A DNA stretch of 61,768 nt, the filler included, from Nemertoderma westbladi (Eukaryota > Animalia > Xenacoelomorpha): the NCBI GenBank assembly GCA_032718475.1. It is 3 parts of 3 records of this genome, joined end to end, with 100 filler letters (N's around TTAATTAATTAA, not from the genome) between each part and the next. Parts side by side here need not be neighbours in the genome. Positions count along the whole stretch, not along the records: positions 1 to 26,075 come from JAUCBJ010005908.1; 2 more parts are not named here. One strand, given 5' to 3'. The translations under genes were made by a program, and so were the position numbers. This document shows positions 1-12,584 of the stretch, one piece after another. Under the pieces are notes generated by a model. That model saw nothing but the letters and a program-made list of their open reading frames with translations, made no database searches and was not told the origin of the DNA. Position 1 is the first letter of the stretch; every line of letters starts with the position of its first letter.

Positions 1-2649
1 GATCACTTTCCATCGTTTGTCGGTTGGATCGTGTTGGTAAAGTAAAAACCCGAGTCCACCTTCCCGTGATGCATCAGCATGGAGACGTGTTGGGCGAGAT
101 GGGTCGTAGTAACTGAGGAATCGTGGTTTGGCAAGTTCGATGCGAGCTATTTCAAAGGCTTGCTGATGAGAATCGTTCCAGTTCCATTCGATGTTATTTT
201 TGTCCAATCCACGAAGTGGTTCTGTTAATTTGGTGAGGTTTGGATCGAAATCACCCACTTGGTTAACCAGTCCTAAGAAGGATTTGAGGTCTGTTCGACA
301 TGATGGTGTGGGAAATTCACGAATATCCTTTGTTAGGTCAGGGTCAATGCGGTATTTTCCCTGTGCTACAAGAAAGCCTCCAAACTTGGCTTCTGTTTGG
401 CAGAATTGAACTTTTTTAGAGTTAAGTGATATCCCGTATTCTGCGCATCGTTGTAGTACAGTATGGACATCAATGATATGTTCTTCCATAGTATGACTAA
501 ATATTATTATGTCTTCTACGATATTTTCAGCGCATGGTATCGGATCGATCACCTTGAATACGCGGGCATTATACTCGTCTGCTGCTGAAGCGATGCCCAT
601 TGGTAGGCGTGTATACTTATATCGACCGAATGGTGTTATGAATGATGTATAGTGTCTACTATCAGGGTGTAGTCCAACCTGCCAGTAGCCTTTAAGGCCG
701 TCGACTACTGTAAAGTATTTCGCCCATGTTGGGATGCTACTGACAATGTCACGGGGTGAACGAACTTGGAACACAGGTCTTACTAATGATTTGTTGAGTG
801 AGCGAAAATCAACTGTTATGCGAACGGTGGGTGGTTCGTCACCATGCCGCTTTTTTGGTATTGCTACCATGGGTGCTACCCAATCTGGAGCACTGTCATC
901 ATCACGTTCTATTATCCCACCTTGGCACATAGCTTCTAGTTCCTTCTTGACTGCGTTACGTAATGGAACTGGTATCTGACGAGGTGTATATACTTTGGCA
1001 GGATAAGCGCCGTCCTGAATGTGGATTTTTACTGATGGGCCATACATTTGGCGAACTTTGCCGTCGAATAGTATTGGAAATTCGTCGCGGATTTTGGTCC
1101 ATTTATTTGTGATATTGTCATCTGCCATGGTATCATTGATGCAAGTGAAGATTTGATTGGGAAAATCAGTGGATATTAACCCCAGTGTAATGCATCCCAG
1201 GCGGGACAAAATGGGTTGGATTAAACCCCTTATCACTGCTATTTGACAATGAAATGATCGCTGCTGCAAATGTATTACCCCGTTAAAGTAGCCTAGTGTT
1301 ATTAGGGAAGCGGTTGTTCCATCAGGACCTTTTGCTCTGGATCCGGGATTCAATGTAGCTATTTGTCCTCCGTATTTGATGAAATTTTCTTCGGGAATAG
1401 CAGTTACATTGGCGCCTGTATCTGGGAGCCAATTGAATTTTACTGCTTGCACGTGTTCTCCGTTTCTCCTTCCTTTAAGACCATGACCTCCAAGTTCCAA
1501 TATTATGGTTTTTAGGAATTTGGTATTGGTAGCTGAGATTAAGGTATGCATTGTATTGTCAGATTCATCGCTGAATTGTGGGTCTGGATCCCAAGCGTTG
1601 AACTCGTCCGTTTCGTCTGTATATTGTACATTGACGCGGGTGTTTCTTGGTTCTTCTTCTCTGGGATTACGGGGATTACGGTTAGTCTGAACCCATTGTC
1701 GACGATTATCGCTGGGAGCATAATCAGACCTGTTGCTATAGTTATTAGGTCGCTGGTTTAGGTTGCATGCTGCACGGAAGTGGCCAAATCGACCACATAT
1801 ATCACATTGGGCATTGATTGCAGGACACTGTCGTCTATCGGAATGTGTCCATCTGTTGCAGCGGTTGCATCTAGGGTAATTGTTAGCATTTGTTGGTTGC
1901 CTGTAGGTGGTGCCACTCTGGTTATCCCCTCCAGGTATACGGTGAGAATTTTTTTCTTTCCGATAGGTACTGATGCGGGATATTGATTCCCCTGTTGTCA
2001 TTAGTTGGTTTGCCTTTGTTATAGTTGCTTGGTCCCGTTTGGCAGCTTCATCTGCCTCAGCAATTGCGATTGCATTATTGAGATCTAGAGTTTCGCCTCG
2101 TTCTAATAACTTTCTTTTAGCTTCTTCGTCTCGCAGTCCAAGTACGATGACGTCCAATAAGCGATTTTCTCGTGGTTCACCAGTCTCATGTTCGTAGCCA
2201 CAGTGTTGAATTATTTCCCTTAATGCAGTAATAAAATCTTTAAATCTTTCTCCTGGTTTCTGTGCTCTTTTATACAGCTCGTCTCTGTATACTCGAATAT
2301 TTATTGAGCCACGAATGTGGCGTTCTAACCCATCCATTATTCTATTTACGTCCCGTTTATCATCGGTTGGTAATGCGTCGTTTAATTGGCGGATAACATT
2401 AATTGTATCGTCTGTATCAACTGCTCCTATGAGCGCGAAGTATCTGATGTCTTTGCTACGTTGCAACATGTCTGGGTTATCAACTAAATCATCAGCGGTT
2501 TCACGCCGTTTAAAGTTCATTAATCCCTGGCCTTCTTCAAAGGCTTGGTATTTCAACTTCCATGTGTCGAAATTGTCAGCTGAGATATCAAACGACGGTC
2601 CTTTCTGTTTCAGTATATACGATCGGGGGTCAATACCGATATGTGCCAT
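1..2649 (-). CDS. Ty3/Gypsy (Mag-like) single-ORF gag-pol, 5' part; runs off the window edge
   Basis: Manual translation from the ATG at 2649: gag (AQKPGERFKDFITALR...RLLDVIVLGLRD), two zinc knuckles (CNRC...H...CPA; CDICGRFGHFRAAC), protease WLPDTGANVT (~1400-1435), RT (DGLKGYWQV, FITPFGRYKYTRLPMG, IVED at 511-522), start of RNase H (LHADAS). The RT motif is in frame with the ATG. It is probably missing from the ORF track because no stop is reached before position 1. Confidence 0.92.
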   Translation of the reverse strand, partial: MAHIGIDPRSYILKQKGPSFDISADNFDTWKLKYQAFEEGQGLMNFKRRETADDLVDNPDMLQRSKDIRYFALIGAVDTDDTINVIRQLNDALPTDDKRDVNRIMDGLERHIRGSINIRVYRDELYKRAQKPGERFKDFITALREIIQHCGYEHETGEPRENRLLDVIVLGLRDEEAKRKLLERGETLDLNNAIAIAEADEAAKRDQATITKANQLMTTGESISRISTYRKEKNSHRIPGGDNQSGTTYRQPTNANNYPRCNRCNRWTHSDRRQCPAINAQCDICGRFGHFRAACNLNQRPNNYSNRSDYAPSDNRRQWVQTNRNPRNPREEEPRNTRVNVQYTDETDEFNAWDPDPQFSDESDNTMHTLISATNTKFLKTIILELGGHGLKGRRNGEHVQAVKFNWLPDTGANVTAIPEENFIKYGGQIATLNPGSRAKGPDGTTASLITLGYFNGVIHLQQRSFHCQIAVIRGLIQPILSRLGCITLGLISTDFPNQIFTCINDTMADDNITNKWTKIRDEFPILFDGKVRQMYGPSVKIHIQDGAYPAKVYTPRQIPVPLRNAVKKELEAMCQGGIIERDDDSAPDWVAPMVAIPKKRHGDEPPTVRITVDFRSLNKSLVRPVFQVRSPRDIVSSIPTWAKYFTVVDGLKGYWQVGLHPDSRHYTSFITPFGRYKYTRLPMGIASAADEYNARVFKVIDPIPCAENIVEDIIIFSHTMEEHIIDVHTVLQRCAEYGISLNSKKVQFCQTEAKFGGFLVAQGKYRIDPDLTKDIREFPTPSCRTDLKSFLGLVNQVGDFDPNLTKLTEPLRGLDKNNIEWNWNDSHQQAFEIARIELAKPRFLSYYDPSRPTRLHADASREGGLGFLLYQHDPTDKRWKVI

Positions 2650-2859
2650 TGTGCTACTTTATTTATCTTGTTATAGGTTTATCTTGCCTGGCCTACAGGC
2701 CTATCGATTCGGTGGGAAGTGGTAACTTAAATTATTCTGTCAATCAGTTTAACTTCTAGGCCTATTTTCCTGGGTTGCCTGTTCAAATATTTAAGGCTAG
2801 ATGGCCTTGTTCAAATTGGGTTCAATATTGACGTTAATCTCAGGGCTGCAGGGTTTGTA

Positions 2860-2878
2860 AATCCCATCCTCGTCGCCA
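2860..2878 (-). promoter_or_regulatory. Primer-binding site complementary to the tRNA-Ser(GCU) 3' end
   Basis: Plus strand AATCCCATCCTCGTCGCCA matches the known 3' end of animal tRNA-Ser(GCU) plus CCA. It directly abuts the CA end of the putative LTR. Confidence 0.88.
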
Positions 2879-3150
2879 TGTTATATTAGTGATGGACAAT
2901 AATAATAATAATAGGCTCGCGTTATCACAACAACGTATAATGATGTAGTCCAGTGATGATAATCATGTAGTCAACTACAACGGTACTCTGCGCTGTCTGC
3001 AAACAGCAGTACAGCATGCACGGCACATGCGCGTATATATATATCTAGGCCTAAGTACAACACTGGCGTACAGTCCGGGATACAGTCAGTCCTGCTGTAG
3101 TTTTTATGAGTAATATGTCGTTAGGTCCTATATGAGTTATGCTCCTAACA
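2879..3150 (-). mobile_element. Putative 5' LTR (~272 bp) of the Gypsy element
   Basis: Inner end is fixed by the PBS. Outer end is inferred from TGTTA...TAACA inverted termini. TATA-like (TA)n at ~3034-3044. The second LTR is outside the window. Confidence 0.65.
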
Positions 3151-3340
3151 CAGGGACGAAGAAAAGGAAGCCGAAACCACAGGAATGGACCACAGCTAAG
3201 ATTGAATGCTCCCATTGTCAGAGTTCCTGGACCGAAATTGAAACACCAATTGCCCATGGGCTTGATCTCTCAAACCAAAACTTCCTCTGCGGGGTTTGTG
3301 CGGCAGTAACGATTGAAAGTCTGGAAGCTGGCATCCCTAG
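3151..3340 (+). pseudogene. PHD-like zinc finger fragment, possibly LINE ORF1, interrupted by the Gypsy LTR
   Basis: IECSHCQSSW...FLCGVC followed by a helical stretch; begins at the inferred LTR edge. Confidence 0.35.
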
Positions 3341-4699
3341 GTATTATTATTATAAAGAGCGTCAGCCTGCGTTTAATAAATATATTTTAATACAAAACAG
3401 GTCGAACGCAAAGAGGCTTATAATGAAGACGAGTACTGCATTGATTATATTCCTATAAACCACCTGGCTTTGCATATTAAACGTGCGTTTGGAAATAAGT
3501 TCGTGCTACCCTTCCGTGGGTGGTAGATGTCGCGGTTATGTATTGGTGGGTGGGGGGAGGGGGGGGGGGAGGTACAGTTTAAAAGGGGTGAACACGCACT
3601 GGCCCCTTTCTTTGATTAATTGGTGGTGTGGGTTAATCTCTCATAACCTGATTTTGTGATACAGTCGCACAATTTTAATTTGTATCTCATAACTGGCCTC
3701 GTGCTGCGCGAAGGCCCCACGAACGTGTACCAGTCTCATGCGTCTCGCATCACGTGTTCGTTTATTGAATATAAGTCGAAGAGCACAGTTTAGAATTTTG
3801 TCGAACTTGTACGATTTTGTATAAGAGAGATTTCTATCCGTGTCGGTAATGTAGTGGCATTAATAGGCTGCTGCAATATTTATGGTATGGTAGTACTAGT
3901 GATATATTTCCAGTCTGAGAGTAGTCATGGTATTGCCTTTGTTATCCATAAAATATAAGGTGGTCCGTAACTCAACTCAATATAATAATACAACTACAGA
4001 TAGACTACAAATCAGTAACGCCATACCGGTAACACTTGAACAGAACATAGATCCTAGCTGTTTAGGAAATGTACCGGTAGCATAGCAGTAATTCTACCAC
4101 CACCAGACAATGGGTAGAGCCATGTGAATGGAAATACATTATATCCGTTTCACGCTACAAATATCATACTCTTTAATATATTACACACATATAATACACA
4201 AATATTAGAATCCCTCCATTAGGTTCTCTTGTGACAACGAGTGGATGGCACCACACCAATATGTACGGCGGTCGCCGACTGACTTAATTACACCTCTGGC
4301 AACCATTTCGTATAACTCCTTCACCTGGTCCCTTCTAGCAAAGGGGATAGATCTAGATGCATGGACATCAAAAGGGTTCAAAATCGATCTTTAACTCGAT
4401 CCTCATTGGGTCTCCAATTGTAGGACCAACCATAACGGTACTCCGCAGTTCGACATTAGATTCGAAAACCGTTGCATAACATTCAATTAATTCTTCATAA
4501 ATATTTGTAATTTGGTTGTTTGATGGATTTTGATGTAAGTTTTCTATCCATTTTGTGCTGGCAGTTTGGGCAAAAATTGGTTAACGCTCCTCTATAGGTT
4601 TGGGGGACTCAGGCTCAGGGTCTATTTTACAGTGACAACCATAGTAAAAATTTAATTTATTACCCGTTGGTTTATTACCCCATCACCCAATTTTGGAAA

Positions 4700-5150
4700 T
4701 GACTAGGAAGAAAATCTCCAGTTGTTTGCATGTATCTAGGGACAAGTACACAAATTGAACACCGTGAAATATTTTGATTTCATCAACTACTTATCTACCT
4801 TCAAAACAATGCAAAATGTAATCCAACCTAACTGTTGTAAAACTGTACCATTTGCACTCATCAGTCTATCCTCGCTTGGTGGGTTTGTGTTGGCAACATC
4901 TATTCACAGATTGCGAAGCAGCTCTATACCAGCGACACACATACACTGGGAGCCGGTATCAGGGATTGCAGATTGTTCTTCAAAGGACTTCTTTGTTATG
5001 GGATCAAAAAAAGCAACTGACACCTGTGGAGTAGCGTTAAGACCAACCATGGCGATGTGGATGGAAGAAGAGGGTTTAGGGGAAACATTTATTTTATTAT
5101 TGTTTAAATTCGATATACATGTGTGAATAGGTTTCATTTGTACGGAAGCC
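4700..5150 (-). pseudogene. Decayed Gypsy aspartic protease fragment
   Basis: AIPDTGSQC..AGIELL followed, past a stop, by LMSANGTVLQQLGWI. Confidence 0.7.
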
Positions 5151-5159
5151 CATAACAGG

Positions 5160-5369
5160 CATGTCGCGCGCAAACTTCCATGTCAAGCGCGCAAAGTTTA
5201 TGCCATTTCCGTGTATAAACATTTGCGCGCGCAACATGGAAGTTTGCGCGCATGACATGGAAGTTTGCACGCTCGACATGGAAGTTTGCACCCTCGACAT
5301 GGAAGTTTGCGCGCGCGACATGGAAGTTTGCGCGTGCGACATGGAAGTTTGCGCGCGCGACATGGAAGT
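5160..5369. repeat. 21-bp minisatellite (~7 units, GACATGGAAGTTTGCGCGCGC) with an inverted copy at 5160-5196
   Basis: Directly visible; it explains the repetitive ORFs at 5097-5516. Confidence 0.9.
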
Positions 5370-5949
5370 GTGATGTTCAATACAGATAGTTTTTCGATTA
5401 ACACCCAGAAATGCCTGGCATGGAGCATTTACTCATTGCTCAATTGCAAAAATTCAAAAATCGTAAACTTCTTTAGCTACATTCTCGTCCATCACCTAGC
5501 TGGCGAAGCAAAATAAGCGATGTTCTGCTCAAGTGTTACCGCTATGGCGTTACTGATTGGTAGTATGTCTGTAGTTATTAGTAGTATATTAATATATATA
5601 TTGAGTTGAGTTACGGACCTCCTTATATTTTATATATGGATAACAAAGGCAATACCATGATGGCGCAATGTGTAGGATCCAAACTGAACCTGCAACTCCT
5701 TTACTTACACTAAACTGTTAAATGCTGTAATGAGATACAGTACCAGTTTAGCCAACAGGCCTACCCTGTTCTGAATGTAAATACTGAGCTGCGAAGTCAT
5801 AACTGACCGAATGCTGGAATTAACTACTGAACTAGCAATCCCGAAACGCTGAAACATCATCGATGTTCACTGATAAGCAATGTTCACTGATATTCGCGCC
5901 CTTAGTCCAAATGACAGACAGACAGCTTTTATTCCAAATGTGCAACCAT

Positions 5950-8070
5950 TGCTAGGTAAAGTTAAGTGCTATGTTAATACCTGCTTTTTGATCAGTATCG
6001 ACCATTGTATCATTTTTTCCTGCTGATTTGGTTTGTTGTGGATGAAGCAGCTGTTAACATCAAAGATTTATATTTATTATTCAACCCAGCCATTTTTTAC
6101 CTTGATTCTATGGATTCTGGCAGCTTCCTTGCTATGACAAAATTTTACTGTTTCATCGTGATGATCCAATGCTGGAAATTGTCCCAATAAATCTAGTCTA
6201 ATTTCTTCATTTTGTATCCCAACTGTTTTCAGGGTTGACATCCACTCATCTTTACCCATGGAACGCAAACACCCACTGTAGCAGCAGATTTGCACAAATG
6301 GGTGTAAAAATCATCGAAATTCTCACCATCTTGTTGTCAACATAATGTTAGTTCCAACCAATCCATATGATATTCTGTTTCCCTCTTTAGATATGCTTCA
6401 AACATATCCATCACTTCCTCCAAACTCAGTGGAGTGTCCATGGGTATGTACCATGTGCTCCATTTTGGAGCACAGCAGCAGGTACTGTACTGGTACAACG
6501 TGACCCCCCTGGTATCAACTCTTGACCGGTTCATCCATATTTGTTGTACGAAATGGTACATTTTTGTCAGACCCTGGGAGTGCCATACCGAGGAATTTGC
6601 AGTTGTTAGAAGATGTAACAGTTTCGACAGTTTTGACAGCTTGATCTTGAAGTCGCATGTCAGCAGATGACTAGTTTTGTTTTGTTGAAGTTAATAGACA
6701 TGTTGTGGCATGTTAAATATTTATGGCAGATTGAAAACATTCCCTTTATCTTTTATGTTACTGAAGATGTTGGTTAGTAACAGAATGTCGTCTGCATATC
6801 CGATCAGTGGGTAGGCACTATTATTGATGTGTAGCCCTAAGCTACTTAGATATTAAATAGTTGTGCTGATAGGATGCCACCCTGTCTTACTCCGCATGAC
6901 AGTTTCATCTTTGAGGTTGAAATTAATCCATTAATGACCATCGATGCTGATGATTGTGTATAATATGAGAATGATATGCTTCAAACATATCCATCACTTC
7001 CTCCAAACTCAGTGGAGTGTCCATGGGTATGTACCATGTGCTCCATTTTGGAGCACAGCAGCAGGTACTGTACTGGTACAACATGACCCCCCTGGTATCA
7101 ACTCTTGACCGGTTCATCCATATTTGTTGTACGAAATGGTACATTTTTGTCAGACCCTGGGAGTGCCATACCGAGGAATTTGCAGTTGTTAGAAGATGTA
7201 ACAGTTTCGACAGTTTTGACAGCTTGATCTTGAAGTCGCATGTCAGCAGATGACTAGTTTTGTTTTGTTGAAGTTAATAGACATGTTGTGGCATGTTAAA
7301 TATTTATGGCAGATTGAAAACATTCCCTTTATCTTTTATGTCACTGAAGATGTTGGCTAGTAACAGAATGTCGTCTGCATATCCGATCAGTGGGTAGGCA
7401 CTATTATTGATGTGTAGCCCTAAGCTACTTAGATATTAAATAGCTGTGCTGATAGGATGCCACCCTGTCTTACTCCGCATGACAGTTTCATCTTTGAGGT
7501 TGAAATTAATCCATTAATGACCATCGATGCTGATGATTGTGTATAATATGAGAATAATGTGGTGATAATTGAATGATTGAGATAATGGCATGATATGTAG
7601 CAGCTAGCTTATGGAACATTTGAGTATAGGACACAGTGTCAAAGGCACTGGAGCGATCTATTGATAAGACATACACATTGGAGTCTAATTAATTGAAATT
7701 TTGTATTAACTTCGCTGCTGTCATATATGGAGTCTCAGTGCAAACTGTCTTTTTGTATCCCATTTGTAGGTCGTGTGTATCAATGGACTGGATGTCTTCA
7801 CTGACCAGATTTTCCCATAGTTTGGCAAGGATGGGGATTATCGAGATACCTCTGTAGTTGCTGGACTTTCTCTGTTTCGATCATCACCCTTTAATAAAGG
7901 CCTTAGCTTGTTCACAAGCTTTCTGGGAATATCCCAGATGCCATTATATGGTTGAACAATTCTGGTAGATATGAACATATTTCTTCTGACTTGTTAAACA
8001 CAAGGTGCTCTGCTGTTAGAGAGTATACATCTGCTGACTTGCCTGTGTTGAGTTTTGATATGGCTAAAAA
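5950..8070 (-). pseudogene. Decayed non-LTR (LINE) reverse transcriptase with an internal 583-bp tandem duplication
   Basis: LTAEHL...LFNHIM..GIFP, NYRGISIIPILAKLWE, GVRQGGILS and GYADDILLL motifs with stops and frameshifts. 6390-6972 is repeated at 6973-7555. Confidence 0.85.
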
Positions 8071-8071
8071 T

Positions 8072-8248
8072 TGACAGTACAGATTAGGTGGTGGAAACCA
8101 TCCGGTCTCATAAATATACCAGTTCACAAGAGAGGGACACTGAGTGGCAGCATGCCGATCCTAGTAGTAGTAGTAGTAGACACTGAGGACAGTTGTTTAT
8201 AAATAAATAAAAAAAAAATGACAGTACAGATTAGGTGGTGGAAACCAT
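8072..8248 (+). mobile_element. Short retroposed insert ending in AATAAA/poly(A), flanked by 30-bp direct repeats
   Basis: TGACAGTACAGATTAGGTGGTGGAAACCAT at 8072-8101 and 8219-8248; an A-tract lies just before the second copy. Confidence 0.6.
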
Positions 8249-9052
8249 GCGCTGTGGCATGGCACGGGTCATGTGAATGGCTTGCACGGCACATGGCCCA
8301 CTTCCAGATATAACTGGTGAACCCTGGTCTCGTGCTCAGAGCGAATCATTCTATATGCGGTAGTGACATCAATCAAAGCTGTCTGGGTATTTTGATATTA
8401 CAGTTTCTATGAGAGATTTTTCGTTTGTAAATTTCAGAGCTAAGGTTGAGGAGGCAGAGCATTATTGCGGCGTTGAGATTTAATTTTATCGAGTTCTTTG
8501 AGGTTGTTTAATGTGTAAGGAGTTTGCCAATACTAGTGATGAGATAGAAGGCTGCGGGGGCTACTTTCATGTTGAGAATTTTCAGGCTGGTTTCTATTGA
8601 GAGCAGAGGTAAGTGGTTTAAGGATGCAATTACTGTGTAGGTGGTGAGTTTCTTTAGTTGTGTGTTCGGTAAAACAGAGAGGGCCGGGAAGGCTGTCCAT
8701 TTGTAGGTGTTATAATTAGAGTGGTTCCATTGTATGTAAATACATTTTTGCTAAGCGACGGTTTTACGGAATTTCATTATTTTGATTTCTTAAGGTTGAT
8801 GGACATACCGTTTCGAGTTTACCAATCAAACAGGACATTAAGAAATCGATGAAGATTATCTCGACGGTCAGGGCCCTAAACCGATTAGGTTCTCTGTTCG
8901 CAGAACACCGAACACTATTCCGGCCACGGAACTAGTCCAGCAGAATGCCTTTATAGAATCCTGGGATTTGTGGGACGAGAGGATCTCAGCAACTAAGCGA
9001 AAACGAACAATAGGATGTTCCTAAACCCCCCCCCCCCCCAAATTTATCCAGA

Positions 9053-10850
9053 AGACTTTTCGCCATACATAATGTGTTAAAAAAGTCTACGGTTCTCCAG
9101 CTAGGGCCAATTGGAGTCAAAAAGTCCACTTCCCTAGCAACCTCGTTGCTATGCGCCGATCTCCAGAACCGCTAATGCTACGGACTTGGGACCGGCGCCA
9201 ATCGATAGGCAGCATATGGGTTTACCTTCAAATAATCTTTTTTGGAGCGATCCGATCATGATCTTGACCATGATCAGCAAAGATCAGTTTTGATCAGGGA
9301 TCGGACACTCAAGGCTTGCTCCAATCGAAAAACTTAACATTACAAAAAGATTCAGCGACCCCACATTAGTCATGATTCCCGTTAAAAGATTAAAAAAAAG
9401 GTGAATTCTTCCTGGTCAAAACGCAAGATCATGATCGCGCAAAGATCGGACTTCGTAAAATCGTAACTTAGCATTTTGGATATAAACAATTACTGTAGGA
9501 AACGTTCAGAACACCGCCCTGAGTCGATTAAAAAAAATTGGCTCGATCGGACAACCGGTTCTCGAGATCTGATACATGATCATTAAAGATCTATGTTTTT
9601 CGGTTTTTTCAAATTTTCTCGAAAACTTTGTTCGAGACCCCCGATTTTTTTTTTACGAATCGACTTCTATGACGAAGGGGCAACTTTTGAGCATTTCGAA
9701 ATTTTCAAAAAGCGATTTGATCAGGCCGCAATCAGAAAAGATCGTGTTTTCGGTTTTATTTCGAAGACCAAGTCCTGGGAGTTCACCGTATGGAAAAACT
9801 TAACATCACAAAAAGATTCCTCACCCTCGAATTATGGGGGGTAGCCAAAATTTGGGCATAAAAAAGTTCAAGTCTAGTGGGTCAAAACTCAAGATCATGA
9901 TCGCGGACAGATCAGTATATTTAAAATCGAATCTAAGCATTTTTTTAATAAACATTCATTGCAAGAAATGTTCAATGGTCTATTCTGAGTTGATTAAAAA
10001 AAATTGGCTTGATCGGTCAACCGGTTCTCGAGATCAGCTTCCAGATCATAAAAGATCGTGTTTTTCGGTTTTTCCTGATTTTCTCGAAAACTTTGTTTGA
10101 GACCCCCGATTTTTTTTTAACTAATCGACTTCTATTAAGAAGGGGCAACTTTTGAGCATTTCGAAATTTTCAAAAAGCGATTTGATCAGGCCATGATCAG
10201 GAAAGATCATGTTTTCGGTTTTATTTCGAAGCCCAAGTCCTGTGAGTTCACCGTATGAAAAAACTTAACATTACAAAAAGATTCCTCACCCTCGAATTAT
10301 GTGGGGTAGCCAAAATTTGGGCATAAAAAAGTTCAATTCTAGGGGGTCAAAAGATCATGATCGTGAAATGATCAGTTTTTTCGAAATTACTTCTAAGCAT
10401 TTTGGGGCAAAACTTTCAAACTAAAAAACATTCACTGGAGTGTTCTAAGTAGATTAAAAAAAATTTCGACTCAATAGGCCTACCGGTACCGGAGATATAG
10501 TCGTCAAAAGTCTGCTTCCGGTAATTCGAAAATATTTCGAAAACTCTTGATCGAATTTTTTTCTGGAAAAAATGTGAATGTACAATTAGTGGACTCGCAT
10601 CTAATGATATATCACAATCCATATTTCGGATGACAGGTACCGGTGAAATCAGACTTTACCGAAAAAAAATTCAAATTTTGCTACTCATGTCTGAGTATCT
10701 CGAAAACTATAATAGGTATGGAAATACTTTCACTGCAAGAAATGTTCACCTATCCAATGCGCTTCTAACTCTGTGCTCGGATTTTGCATAGTGTTAAAAC
10801 CTACTACTTAACCACCCCAGCGGAGGGAACGGAGTGACCGGAGCGCCAGT
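9053..10850. mobile_element. Non-autonomous Helentron/HINE-like element with ~465-bp GATC-rich internal tandem repeats (~2.7 units)
   Basis: AAAACTTAACAT.ACAAAAAGATTC recurs at ~9330, ~9796 and ~10260; GATTAAAAAAAATT at ~9526, ~9992 and ~10453; 5' hairpin AGACTTTT...AAAAGTCT. The class is inferred and the ends are approximate. Confidence 0.55.
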
Positions 10851-11782
10851 ACTATCTTTCATTATTATGAAGTAATAAGGGCGGTGGGTGGGGTAAGTGG
10901 TGATCACTATTTATAGGGTGGAGGGAGGGTCTAGTATATTACATTAGGATATTTGATTTCTTTGCAATATAGTTTAACAACTGCCTCAGTCTTATTTGTA
11001 ATATGTTATACATTATACCAAATTATATCAAGTTTTAACATACTACATTATCTACCTGTAGGAGAAATATACAATATAGGGCTCAAAATATATTTATAAA
11101 TAGATTTAGTATATTTACATTGTATAACAGAGTTAATTGATACTATTATGGTATTATACTAAAGACGCCGCTTTGATATATCTGATCAAATGGCAATTTG
11201 TGGTATATTCTCTATTTCACTATCTTGAATATATCATTCAATTTCTAAAACTATAATAATAAACATTTACTTCAGTTCTTGTTTACTCGCATGGATATAT
11301 TGATACAAAACACTTCAGTATAATATTTTATGGGGCCAAATGCAGATTAATCAGAATAATATGTTTAATTATTGTTAAAATTGGCACATTGAAGTAAGGT
11401 AACACATGAGTTTGATAAAATAATTATGAATCCGTATCTTATTCTACTTTGTCTATATGATTATGTTATATAATAATGTTACTTTATCACTTTGGTTTAA
11501 ACTCATCTCCTTTATAACTACTTACTACCACTACTAACTACTATTACTACTACTACTGACTACTGCAGAGTTAGGTGTATATTATAAGAGGACGGAGTTC
11601 GTGATTATTAGTTATTATACAAGTGCCCCTCGGCTATAGAGAGTCCACCCTCGGTTGCTTACTGGATCAGAGGAATACTAGGTCACCAGTGTAGAAGATA
11701 AATTTAAATAAGATGACAGACATTCAGAAGTTTACTGGCAAGATCGGTAATAAAAATAATAATGCATGTAGGTTACAGACAT

Positions 11783-11864
11783 GGTGTACGGACAATTGCG
11801 AACCCGACAATTGCGACCCATGATTGACCCAGATAAATTTACTGGGTCGCAGTTGTACGGACAC
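11783..11864. mobile_element. Miniature inverted-repeat element (~80 bp)
   Basis: GTGTACGGACAATTGCGA(A)CCC ... GGGTCGCAGTTGTACGGACAC imperfect inverted ends. Confidence 0.6.
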
Positions 11865-12299
11865 TGTATATTTATATATTTATACTAAATTTGATTACTG
11901 TAGCTATATTCTAACATGTGTAGGTGGAGGTTGACCCGACATTATACATATGGAATGATTTTATATTAATAGTACTAATTAGTTATACTGTAATTACTGC
12001 AGCTATATTTCATTTACATTTATTTCATTTGGTAGGTTAGAATAACCAACTCTGCGCATATTGTTAACATTGTTCATGCATTATTTATTGCTTTTACTGT
12101 TGTTTGTTTTGGATAATTTTAAATAATAATTTATGATATGAAAATTTTGAAATCTAGGATGTTTTATAACTAATTATTTATGATTATAATGATCCATGAT
12201 TTACATAACATCGTTTATTGGTGACTTTCATTAAATGTAATTTATTTGGTATTGGTTCATCTGAGGAGTTAAAGCCTATAAGACTACAAGACAAAAATA

Positions 12300-12470
12300 A
12301 TTAACGACAAACCATTGACAGACATTTTTCTCACTCAGCAGGTCATTCTTACAACGCACACTTCAGAATTACACCATTTGATTGTCTACCAATCTCAGCG
12401 AACAAAAACCTGAACTGACAAAAACGCAGAATTATAAAGAATGGCAGTACCAGTTGGAAATTTTGAAGTT
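12300..12470 (+). pseudogene. Possible Penelope-like GIY-YIG C-terminal relic
   Basis: RHFSHSAGHSYNAHFRITPFD ... (frameshift) KEWQYQL resembles the HF...H...W..L end of PLE endonucleases. Confidence 0.35.
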
Positions 12471-12584
12471 TTAGGATATTATTATTATATACTAAAATAA
12501 CCACACCCTACAGTCATATTCCCTCAATTTTCTTCTTAATTTAAATTTATATATATATAGATATTTACATGTCTTTGATCTCTG

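Noticed and set aside
6337-7253. Duplicated small ORFs as a tandem gene pair
   Set aside because: Off-frame pieces of a 583-bp tandem duplication within a dead LINE RT.
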